From the NCBI RefSeq assembly GCF_001644605.1, contig NZ_CP011388.1, positions 4,957,752 to 4,989,751 on the forward strand: a stretch of DNA of 32,000 bases. Direction: 5' to 3'. The stretch's first letter is position 1; each line of letters starts with the position of its first letter. The notes beneath the pieces are model-generated. The model saw only the letters and a list, made by a program, of their open reading frames with translations, was not told the origin of the DNA and did not search any database. A program made the translations under genes and the position numbers. This document shows, one piece after another, positions 17,767-25,851 of this stretch. This stretch comes from Paenibacillus swuensis (GTDB taxonomy: Bacteria; Bacillota; Bacilli; Paenibacillales; DY6).

Positions 17767-19845
17767 TTAGATGCCGCGCCAGTTCCACGGACCCAGCCAC
17801 TTCATTAATGAAGGAATGAGGAGCAACCTGATGATTGTCGCGTCTATAAACACAGCCGCCGCGATTCCAATGCCCAATTGCCTGACCCCCGCCACATCTC
17901 CGGCGGCGAACGGTGCGGTAACAGCCATCATAATCAACGCCGCCGATGTAATAATTCCTCCTGCGGAGGCAAGTCCTTCAGCAACAGCTTGTTCATTATC
18001 CCCTGTCAGCCTGTAATGCTCAGCGATTCGGGACAACAGAAACACCCCGTAGTCCATGGAAATGCCGAACACCAGTCCGAATATGAAGATAGGAATCATG
18101 ACGGCCACCGCCTCATGACTTTCACCGCTGATCCACGGCGAAACCATAACCAGTACCCCATAGGCGGCACCGATGCTCAAAGCATTCATTAGCAAAGCCT
18201 TAAGGGGGATGAGGAATGAACGAAATGCGATGTAAAGAACGATAAAATTGGACAATACGATAAAAATCAATGCCCCCGGCATTGACTTTCGAAGGGTCTC
18301 AAACACTTCTTGCTGATACTTCGCTTCACCGCCCCATAGAATTGTTAAAGGTTCTGGGAGTTGAAGTTGCTCCCATCGTGTCATCCAGGTCTGTACTGCC
18401 GCATCGGAAGGGCTCCCTTTCAACGTTACTTTCAACACCGTGGAATCTTTGCGAAGAAGGGCTTGAACCGGCAGCCCTTGTCGGGAGAAGACGGACTGCA
18501 CATGGATAACTTGTGGATCCGACGTCAGAACCTTGATTACAGTACGAATATGTCCCAAATCCTGACGGGTGAGTTGCCGATTATCCTTGCCTATGATTGC
18601 CCATACCTGATTGACCGGGGTTTCATTGTTCGCTGAGTGGGTCTGAAAAACCTCCTCCCAGTCTTCGAAAGCTTGTCTTGACGCATATTCAGACGGGAGC
18701 GAGCTGGCATCGGGAATAGCGATTCGCATATCGTTTAACGGCAGCAGGCAGACAAGCAGCAAACCGGATCCGAACATAATTACCGTTCCTGGGCGGCGCA
18801 TGACCGCATGTGCGGACCAGCGCCATATTCCCGCGGTTTTCATGGGGTAACGCGGCGCGCGCAAACGTTCGGACAGCCTATACAAGATGACCGGGAGCAA
18901 GGTTAAAGTCAGAAGGACCGATAACAAGAGTACTACCATAGCACCCCAAGCGACCGATGCGAATATGGGCATGGGAATAAAAGCGATTCCTGCCAGTCCC
19001 AAAGCCACGCAGGCTGCAGACAGCACAACGGCCCTGCCCGCGGTCTCCATCGTGATGCGTAAAGCATCACCCGCAGAGCGCCGGTGTAACTCCTCCCGAA
19101 ACCGGCTGACCATCATAAGCGCAAAATCTATGCTTAACGCCAATCCCACCATCGGGATCACATTCAAAACAAAAGAGGAAAGCTCCGCATGCTTACCAAG
19201 CTCGGCCATAAAGCCCATTGCGCCTGCGACAGAGATTACTCCCATCCATACGGGCAATAAAGCGGCCCAAACGCTTCCGAATGCCAGCCACATGATGATA
19301 AAGGCAATGGGGATTCCTAAGCTTTCGGCTTTACCTAAATCGGTTCGACTGGCCGCGTTGACATCCGTTTGAACAACCTTGCTCCCTGTCAGCCTGACGC
19401 CGATTCCTTCCTGTGGCGGAAAAACCTGACGAAGCTCCTTTAGCGCCCCTTCCATTTCACCGGAGGGTTGGCTGAATTCAATCAGTGCGTAAGCGAAATT
19501 CGCTTTACGCATCTCGGGTCTGTTGACAGGTGAAATGATCTTCTTTACACCCTGAATGCTCGCGGCAACGTGCAATCTTTGCTCCAAGTAGGATTGAAAT
19601 TCATCCGAAGACACCTTCTTTTGAACGTCAAAAAGAACGATAACCGGATCTTCAGGAATTCCGAAGTCCTCCGACAATACATGTTGAACATCGTTATAGG
19701 ATCCCTGTGTTCGTAATCCGTGATCATGCAGAACAGCGGGTAAGTCAGACGCATGCGCAGCGAACCAGCTTAAACAAACGAGCCAAGTGATCAGAATGCC
19801 GCGAGGATACCGGATTGCCTTGTCTGCAAGCCATAAATACAGCAT
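17767..19845 (-). CDS. MMPL-family (RND superfamily) membrane transporter
   Basis: The protein has two repeats of about 6 TM helices, each carrying the MMPL signature (LALSIDFALMMVSRFREEL and FGISMDYGVFLLSRIAEHY), with large extracytoplasmic loops. The start is refined to the ATG at 19845 (MLYLWLADKAIRYPRG). The ORF-track start at 19941 would overlap the upstream gene by 53 nt and add a Cys/Arg-rich non-membrane extension. Confidence 0.85.
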   Translation of the reverse strand: MLYLWLADKAIRYPRGILITWLVCLSWFAAHASDLPAVLHDHGLRTQGSYNDVQHVLSEDFGIPEDPVIVLFDVQKKVSSDEFQSYLEQRLHVAASIQGVKKIISPVNRPEMRKANFAYALIEFSQPSGEMEGALKELRQVFPPQEGIGVRLTGSKVVQTDVNAASRTDLGKAESLGIPIAFIIMWLAFGSVWAALLPVWMGVISVAGAMGFMAELGKHAELSSFVLNVIPMVGLALSIDFALMMVSRFREELHRRSAGDALRITMETAGRAVVLSAACVALGLAGIAFIPMPIFASVAWGAMVVLLLSVLLTLTLLPVILYRLSERLRAPRYPMKTAGIWRWSAHAVMRRPGTVIMFGSGLLLVCLLPLNDMRIAIPDASSLPSEYASRQAFEDWEEVFQTHSANNETPVNQVWAIIGKDNRQLTRQDLGHIRTVIKVLTSDPQVIHVQSVFSRQGLPVQALLRKDSTVLKVTLKGSPSDAAVQTWMTRWEQLQLPEPLTILWGGEAKYQQEVFETLRKSMPGALIFIVLSNFIVLYIAFRSFLIPLKALLMNALSIGAAYGVLVMVSPWISGESHEAVAVMIPIFIFGLVFGISMDYGVFLLSRIAEHYRLTGDNEQAVAEGLASAGGIITSAALIMMAVTAPFAAGDVAGVRQLGIGIAAAVFIDATIIRLLLIPSLMKWLGPWNWRGI

Positions 19846-19888
19846 GAGGATGATTCGCCCCTTCCGGTTTTCGCACCCGTTTCTCTCC

Positions 19889-21061
19889 TTAGCCTCGGAG
19901 TCTGGTCGCCCTGAATATTTGGTTGGACATGAACGGAGCAACCTTGCCTAAGCCAAAAAGAATCGTCCCCATCCCTGTTGAAGAAAGTGCCCCCTGGAGC
20001 CACTTTCCCATTCGAACCGGAGACGTAAATTCACGAGTAAGCTCGCGGGTGTACGCGATTTGCCAGCCATCCATCGTCAGATCCCCATATAAGTACCGAT
20101 GCGCCAGCGGCAAACCTAATTGTGCGGAACGCAGCGCCATCGCCATTCCGTCACCGCATAACGGAGGAATCATCACAGCGGCATCGCCTATAAGCGGAAA
20201 GCGGCTCCATGCCTTAAGCTGACGGTCCAGTCTTACCGGTGATGTAGCGGAAAGGCTGCCGACAATCGGTGAACCAACCGCTAATCGTTTGCGTAAGGCA
20301 GGGTTCTGGGTGGATGCCGATTCGATTGCGGCGGCAACGCTTTTACCCGCTTCCTGAAATGCTCGCTCCGTCATCAGCGCGGTTACATTCGTGCGTCCCT
20401 CTTCAATAGGACATAGACCGATGTAACCGCCGCGAAAAAAGTAAAGTTCCACCGCGCCTCCGGCCGGAACTTCTTCGTAATGCGCTTTAATACCCACATA
20501 GGTTACCGCTCTGGTTCTTGATGCAGAAGAGGGCACAGCAGGATCGTTTACGGCTAAATCCGCCCGAGGATGCCGTCCCCACGCCGCAATTACAGATTTG
20601 GCCGTTATCGAAGAATGGGGTTCCTGCCCTCCTTTGGTGTACGCTTGAACCAGATAAGTCCCGTTTTCATTGCACTTCACCGCGGAAACCGACGTACCGC
20701 CTAACCACAGCGCGCCAAGTTCCTCCGCTCTTTGTTGCATGATGAAATCCAGCTGATACCTGCTGATCCCCATTGCCTTCTCCCGCATGGGAATGGTCAG
20801 TGTCGCGCCGTTGGCCAGTGTCAGAATCGCCTTGTCTATTTCAGCGGGACCTATCGCATCAACGGCTTCTTGAAGTCCAAGGACATGCAACATAGCTATG
20901 GATTCCGGGGAAAGGAACTCCCCGCATACCTTATGCTTCGGTAAATTGTTCTGATCCATAAGGACGGTGTTCCATCCGGCTTTAGCCAACCCAATCGCCA
21001 TGGAGCTGCCGGCCAAGCCACCGCCAATGATGACAGCGTCTGCTTTATCGGGTGGGAACAT
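19889..21061 (-). CDS. FAD-dependent oxidoreductase/monooxygenase (geranylgeranyl-reductase/UbiH-like fold)
   Basis: The N-terminal dinucleotide-binding motif is DAVIIGGGLAGSSMAIGLAKAG...VLMD. A later GDAA-type motif is LIGDAAVMIPPLCGDGM. The RBS is GAAGGAGA, 8 nt upstream. The gene overlaps the methyltransferase stop by 17 nt. Confidence 0.8.
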   Translation of the reverse strand: MFPPDKADAVIIGGGLAGSSMAIGLAKAGWNTVLMDQNNLPKHKVCGEFLSPESIAMLHVLGLQEAVDAIGPAEIDKAILTLANGATLTIPMREKAMGISRYQLDFIMQQRAEELGALWLGGTSVSAVKCNENGTYLVQAYTKGGQEPHSSITAKSVIAAWGRHPRADLAVNDPAVPSSASRTRAVTYVGIKAHYEEVPAGGAVELYFFRGGYIGLCPIEEGRTNVTALMTERAFQEAGKSVAAAIESASTQNPALRKRLAVGSPIVGSLSATSPVRLDRQLKAWSRFPLIGDAAVMIPPLCGDGMAMALRSAQLGLPLAHRYLYGDLTMDGWQIAYTRELTREFTSPVRMGKWLQGALSSTGMGTILFGLGKVAPFMSNQIFRATRLRG

Positions 21062-21806
21062 GAACTGATTCTCCTTCAGCAGAGACCGATTGACAGATCA
21101 CTGCGTACCGAAATAAGGGCCTCCACTTATAAGTAAGCAGGACCTCATCATGGCAAGAATCAGCCAGACGATTCCAATCGGCCGCCCGGAATCCCTTGGC
21201 CACGGATAACGGACCATCATGCTGAATATAACGGTTCCGCGAAACCAGACGGGTCATGAGCCATACCGCCGACCAGGAAATCCAGTGCCGGTGAATATCG
21301 TTGATTACTACCCCGATCCGGGAGGCCCGGTGCATACAACGTAAAGCCTGTGTCAGCGTATCCCCCGTGAAATGATGAAGAAATTGAGTTGCGGTAACAA
21401 TGTCTGCCGTATCTTTACCGCTTATTCGGAACAGATCCCCCTGTACAACCTGAATTCGCGGTTCATTCGAGTAATAACGGACTGCTTCCGCACAAGCTTC
21501 CTCGGTAATGTCCATTAACGTAATCTGTACTTGAACTCCTTTGGTGTCTGCCCATGTAAGCAATCGCCTGTTTACGTCACCCGATCCCGCACCAATATCC
21601 AACACGGTCAGCTCCGTCGGTTTACCGGAAGCCTCCCATAAACGTTCGATACCATAAATGGTAGGACCTGCTGCGGCAAAGATCCGGTTAAGCCGTCTCA
21701 AATGACGCAGCGCCTCTGTTAACTCCGGCCCCCCTTGATCCAGTTGATCCATATATTCCTCAAGGGTGGATCTTTTCTTCAACAAGCTAAACATGGTAGC
21801 ATGCAT
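21045..21806 (-). CDS. Class I SAM-dependent methyltransferase
   Basis: The SAM-binding motif I is VLDIGAGSGDV, followed by an acidic post-I residue (LMDITEE) and motif II (VTATQFLHHF). An alternative start at 21794 (MFSLLKK) exists. Either start overlaps the T3PKS stop. Confidence 0.8.
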   Translation of the reverse strand: MHATMFSLLKKRSTLEEYMDQLDQGGPELTEALRHLRRLNRIFAAAGPTIYGIERLWEASGKPTELTVLDIGAGSGDVNRRLLTWADTKGVQVQITLMDITEEACAEAVRYYSNEPRIQVVQGDLFRISGKDTADIVTATQFLHHFTGDTLTQALRCMHRASRIGVVINDIHRHWISWSAVWLMTRLVSRNRYIQHDGPLSVAKGFRAADWNRLADSCHDEVLLTYKWRPLFRYAVICQSVSAEGESVHVPTR

Positions 21807-22950
21807 CCTCAGGCTGAGAATGGCTGCTCATTATTCCAGGAACGTAATGAAACTTGAGCAATTCAGCTGTTAGGCCTGGACCGAATGCGGCCGCTACCCC
21901 GCTTGAACGCCGGGCGCTGGATGCGTTCAGCTCCCTTCTCATATCCTGAAGAACATAAATAATGGTTGCGGAGGACAGATTCCCCACTTTTCGTAACACC
22001 TCTCTGCTAACCCGCGTTTGCTCCGAAGTCAATCCCATACCTTTCTCAACAGCATCAATGATGCCTCTTCCGCCGGGATGAATAGCCCACAACTCAGGCC
22101 ATTCCTCCTCTTTCAACAGAACTTTGATTTCGAGGGGCAGATAGGCACCGATCCATTCCGGGATGCGCGGGGAAAGATACAATGAAAAGCCATAATTACC
22201 AATCTCCCAAGTCATCTCATCCGAAGAATCCGGCAGTAAGACGGAACGGTGCTCCCCCAACTCAAATACTCCGTCCCGCCCCCGCCTGCTCTCTGCTCCG
22301 CCAACAACACAGGCTGAAGCACCGTCACCGAAAAAGGCGGCCGCATATAAGTCCTCTTTGGAGGAGCTGGGTTGTATATGCAACGTACATAGTTCAACGC
22401 ACACAATCAGAACATGGGCTCTCGGCTGGCGATCTGCTATTTGTCGGGCCAAACAGACGGCCTTTAATCCTGCTGCGCATCCCAAATACTGCAGAGGGAT
22501 CCTTTCCACATCGTTGGAAAGACCCAGCCCTCGAATCAGCGCCGCGTCCAATCCAGGCAAAAAAAGACCTGTGCAGGTAACCGTAATCAGGTGTGTTATA
22601 TCATCAGCATCCAGCGCACTATCAATCAAAGCTCTTACGGCGGCCATGTAACCAAGTTCAACGGAAGCCTGCTTATAGAGTCCCATTCGTTCCGCTGTAG
22701 TAGGGATCTTGTCTTCCGGTGTTCCCGGCAAGTACATACTTCGGGGAGCGGGTTCAAGCAGGTTCGGTTCGCACGTATAACGGGTATCCACCCCGCATTG
22801 ATTGAATATTCTTCGCGCCCACCGCGAAGCGTCTCTGTCTTCGGACAAAGCGTCCGCCAGACGAGTGGCAGCCTCAGCTTGATTAACCTTATGGGGAGGC
22901 AGCGCCGTACCCAACCCGAGAATTGCCGGAGCAAGTGAAATAGTTCTCAT
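21787..22950 (-). CDS. Type III polyketide synthase (chalcone/stilbene synthase superfamily)
   Basis: The Cys-His-Asn triad contexts are LITVTCTGLFLPGLD (Cys), WAIHPGGRGIID (His) and VGNLSSATIIYVL (Asn). The 387-aa length is typical of bacterial T3PKS such as RppA, SrsA and BpsA. Confidence 0.9.
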   Translation of the reverse strand: MRTISLAPAILGLGTALPPHKVNQAEAATRLADALSEDRDASRWARRIFNQCGVDTRYTCEPNLLEPAPRSMYLPGTPEDKIPTTAERMGLYKQASVELGYMAAVRALIDSALDADDITHLITVTCTGLFLPGLDAALIRGLGLSNDVERIPLQYLGCAAGLKAVCLARQIADRQPRAHVLIVCVELCTLHIQPSSSKEDLYAAAFFGDGASACVVGGAESRRGRDGVFELGEHRSVLLPDSSDEMTWEIGNYGFSLYLSPRIPEWIGAYLPLEIKVLLKEEEWPELWAIHPGGRGIIDAVEKGMGLTSEQTRVSREVLRKVGNLSSATIIYVLQDMRRELNASSARRSSGVAAAFGPGLTAELLKFHYVPGIMSSHSQPEDACYHV

Positions 22951-23066
22951 CGTTCATCCATCCCCTCAGTTTGTCCATCCCTTGGAGGACAAGAAGTGTC
23001 TACCCTCATTGTATTAGCGAGGAAAGCCCTGTAGTACACCGAATATGCTTATCCTAAGTGTCGTCC

Positions 23067-23103
23067 AAAAAAAAAGAGGCAACCCCTATTCTTGGGCTGC
23101 CTC
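23067..23103 (-). terminator. Rho-independent terminator of the EAL gene, with the stop codon inside the loop
   Basis: The minus strand reads GAGGCAGCCC-aagaatag-GGGTTGCCTC followed by TTTTTTTTT. Confidence 0.8.
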
Positions 23104-24471
23104 ACGCAATTGTTTAATTTTCACTTTCATGCTTTGGAAATTTTCCAGTTGATTCGTACGCTCCAGCGGTGTTGCTCCGTTCAACGGCTCGGGTCTTGCG
23201 AAGTAATAGCCTTGTCCCATCTGAACTTCATGTTGGAACAGTACTTCCGCTTCTTCTTCCCGTTCAATGCCCTCCGCTACAACTTCACATCGAATATCCT
23301 GGGCGAACGCCATTAGAGCTTTCAGCATGGATCGTTTCACCGATATTTGATCTATGTTCTGGATAAGGGACTTGTCAATCTTGATAATATCCGGAATAAG
23401 CTCGGAGATTGTTAACAAACTGGAATAGCCGGCGCCTGCATCATCCACCGCAAACCGGAAGCCGTGTGAACGGTATTTACTTATCGTTAATCCCATTTCG
23501 TGGTAATCCCTAATGGCATGGCGCTCTGTAATTTCAAAAATAAGCTGTGTCGAGGCCACATCCGGGAACTCCTTCAGTTCATTAAGGAGGAACTCAAGAA
23601 AGATGGGTTGTGCCAACGATACGGAAGTAACGTTAATAAACACCTGTTCCTGAATGCGGCGTGTTGCAATTTCCAACAAGGCTTTGCGGATGACGAGACA
23701 TTCCATCCGGATTAACAAATCGGATTGGAACGCGAAATCAAACAGTTCCGTGGGTCCATAGAAAGGGGTATTACGCGGTCCCCGGGTGAGAATCTCCCAG
23801 CCAAACACATCACCGTTCCGCAAATTCATGATGGGCTGAGCCAACACCGTAATATTCTCTTCATTTAATATAGATATAATATCTTCTTTATATGGATGAA
23901 CGGCGGTAGTCATTCTGCCGTTAAATTGTGTTCTTGCATAGAAATAAGCGTTCTGTACGGCGAAGTGGGTGTTTTCCACACTTCTTTCTAATACCGTATG
24001 GCTATGTATAAATGTCAGTGAGCCGCTTGTGGTAGGTTGCAACCGAAGTTCTTCAATGACCGTAAGCAGCCTCCGACAGACGTCATCACCCAGATTATTC
24101 AAATAGGCAAAGGCGTTCTGGCTTGTCTCCTTCAGGAAAATGCCAAAATCCTCAGATCCAAACTGCTTCATACCGTAAAGCATATCTTCTTGCACCGTTT
24201 CTGTAATAATATCCTCTATAGCTTCCTTAATCTGGATGTTCAGCTGCTCCATGACGTGGACTTCATATGTATAAGCAAGCAGACTGAAATTTTCTATGCG
24301 AATCAGTAACAAGGCACATTCCGTTTCACGATGCCGCAATTCATGTATTCGGTCGATAACCGGATCAATGAGAGCTGTTTCCAGAGGAAACCCTGCGGTA
24401 CTGTATGAAGGAACAGAATCCGCTTTACCAAACTTGGCTTTCCATCTGTTCACCGATGCGGTAAATCCCAT
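23086..24471 (-). CDS. Degenerate-GGDEF plus EAL domain protein (putative c-di-GMP phosphodiesterase)
   Basis: The EAL-domain motifs appear intact: GWEILTRGP (an EIL variant of EAL), INVTS, FEITE, DDAGAGYSSL, IKIDKSL, EGIE and QGYYFARP. The N-terminal half resembles a GGDEF fold, but its signature is degenerate (FGSEDFGIFL). Confidence 0.8.
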   Translation of the reverse strand: MGFTASVNRWKAKFGKADSVPSYSTAGFPLETALIDPVIDRIHELRHRETECALLLIRIENFSLLAYTYEVHVMEQLNIQIKEAIEDIITETVQEDMLYGMKQFGSEDFGIFLKETSQNAFAYLNNLGDDVCRRLLTVIEELRLQPTTSGSLTFIHSHTVLERSVENTHFAVQNAYFYARTQFNGRMTTAVHPYKEDIISILNEENITVLAQPIMNLRNGDVFGWEILTRGPRNTPFYGPTELFDFAFQSDLLIRMECLVIRKALLEIATRRIQEQVFINVTSVSLAQPIFLEFLLNELKEFPDVASTQLIFEITERHAIRDYHEMGLTISKYRSHGFRFAVDDAGAGYSSLLTISELIPDIIKIDKSLIQNIDQISVKRSMLKALMAFAQDIRCEVVAEGIEREEEAEVLFQHEVQMGQGYYFARPEPLNGATPLERTNQLENFQSMKVKIKQLREAAQE

Positions 24472-24588
24472 AAACGGTCCCCCTGTTAGTCGTTAAGAAT
24501 GTGGCTAGAGCTTGTCATCTCCGAATATTTTATCATACATAATCCTCAAAAAATAGCCGTATACCGTCAAGAAACAGTAAATTAGCAT

Positions 24589-24635
24589 AAAATAAGACGT
24601 AAGTCGCAGACTGGAAGCGACAAACGTCTTATTTT
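24589..24635 (-). terminator. Rho-independent terminator after metC (near-symmetric, possibly bidirectional)
   Basis: The sequence is AAAATAAGACG...(inner stem GTCGC/GCGAC)...CGTCTTATTTT. Confidence 0.7.
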
Positions 24636-24681
24636 GCCATTATATGTCCTTTTATGGGCATTTGAAGCATTTTTAGCCAAA

Positions 24682-25851
24682 TTACTCCTGTGCAAGAGCC
24701 CGTGATAAATCATCGATTAAATCCTCAATATCCTCCAAGCCTACGGAATACCGCAGAAGACCGTCTGTTATCCCGCGCTGGTGACGCACTTCCTTCGGCA
24801 TTGCCGCATGCGACATCATGGCCGGATAGGACAGAATGCTCTCAACAGCTCCTAAGGATACAGCTACCAATGGCAACTCGATCTTATCCAACACTTGCTT
24901 GGCGCGCTCGCCCGACCCGACATCAAACGACACAACGGCCCCGTAGCCCAGCGATTGGCGCTCATGAATCTCGCGTCCCGGATGGTCGTGCAGCCCCGGA
25001 TAATAGACCTTGGTGACCGAAGGGTGCTCGGATAGCCACTGAGCCAGTCTCCCAGCGCCGGTTTCCGAATATTCCATTCGGGCTTTAAGCGTCTTCATGC
25101 CGCGAATTAACAACCAGCAATCTTGTACGCCTAGTACGGTGCCCATCCCATTTTGCAAAATTTTCAGTCTGCGTCCCAGATTGTCGTCCGCAACCACCGC
25201 CAGCCCCGCAAGCACATCGCTGTGCCCCCCGAGGAACTTGGTGGCGCTGTGCAGAACGATGTCGATTCCGTGCTCGATTGGACGTTGATGATATGGGGTC
25301 ATGAATGTGTTATCCAGCATCGTAAGTAAATCATGAGATTTAGCCCATTCCGCAATCAAACCGATATCCGTAACTTTCAACGTTGGATTCGAAGGTGTCT
25401 CGATGTAGACCGCCTTAGTATTTGGTTGAAGAGCGGCCTTCACTTGGTTGAAATCGGTCATATCCACGAACGTGGTCTCAATGTTCATCCGGGACAGGAT
25501 GCTGGTTAACAACCGATAGGTTCCGCCGTAAACATCTTCTGTCACGATCACATGGTCGCCCGCCGAAAGCAGCATGAAGGTAGTGGAAATCGCCGCCATC
25601 CCTGAAGCAAAAGCGAACCCGCGAACGCCGCCTTCCAGCTTGGCGATATAATCCTCCAAAGCCTGACGGGTCGGGTTACCTGAACGGGAGTAGTCGAATT
25701 CCGGCGGATTTGCCAATGATTCGTGATGAAAAGTGGAAGCCTGATAAATAGGTACGGAGGAAGCTCCGGTATGTTTATCAATCTCAGATCCGAAATGGAT
25801 CAGATCCGTAGCAAATTTACGGCTGCGCGCCTTGGAATTATCCTTACTCAT
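24682..25851 (-). CDS. metC: Cystathionine beta-lyase (PLP-dependent Cys/Met metabolism family), MetC-like
   Basis: Family motifs are SRSGNPTR, SGMAAI, VYGGTYRL and the PLP lysine context HSATKFLGGHSD. The sequence is collinear with my memory of B. subtilis MetC. It is the second gene of a metI-metC pair, with an 8-nt overlap. Confidence 0.75.
   Translation of the reverse strand: MSKDNSKARSRKFATDLIHFGSEIDKHTGASSVPIYQASTFHHESLANPPEFDYSRSGNPTRQALEDYIAKLEGGVRGFAFASGMAAISTTFMLLSAGDHVIVTEDVYGGTYRLLTSILSRMNIETTFVDMTDFNQVKAALQPNTKAVYIETPSNPTLKVTDIGLIAEWAKSHDLLTMLDNTFMTPYHQRPIEHGIDIVLHSATKFLGGHSDVLAGLAVVADDNLGRRLKILQNGMGTVLGVQDCWLLIRGMKTLKARMEYSETGAGRLAQWLSEHPSVTKVYYPGLHDHPGREIHERQSLGYGAVVSFDVGSGERAKQVLDKIELPLVAVSLGAVESILSYPAMMSHAAMPKEVRHQRGITDGLLRYSVGLEDIEDLIDDLSRALAQE

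Noticed and set aside
19846-19941. An N-terminal extension of the MMPL ORF that overlaps the flavoprotein gene
   Set aside because: The extension is Cys/Arg-rich and non-membrane. The ATG at 19845 gives a typical MMPL N-terminus and removes the 53-nt overlap.
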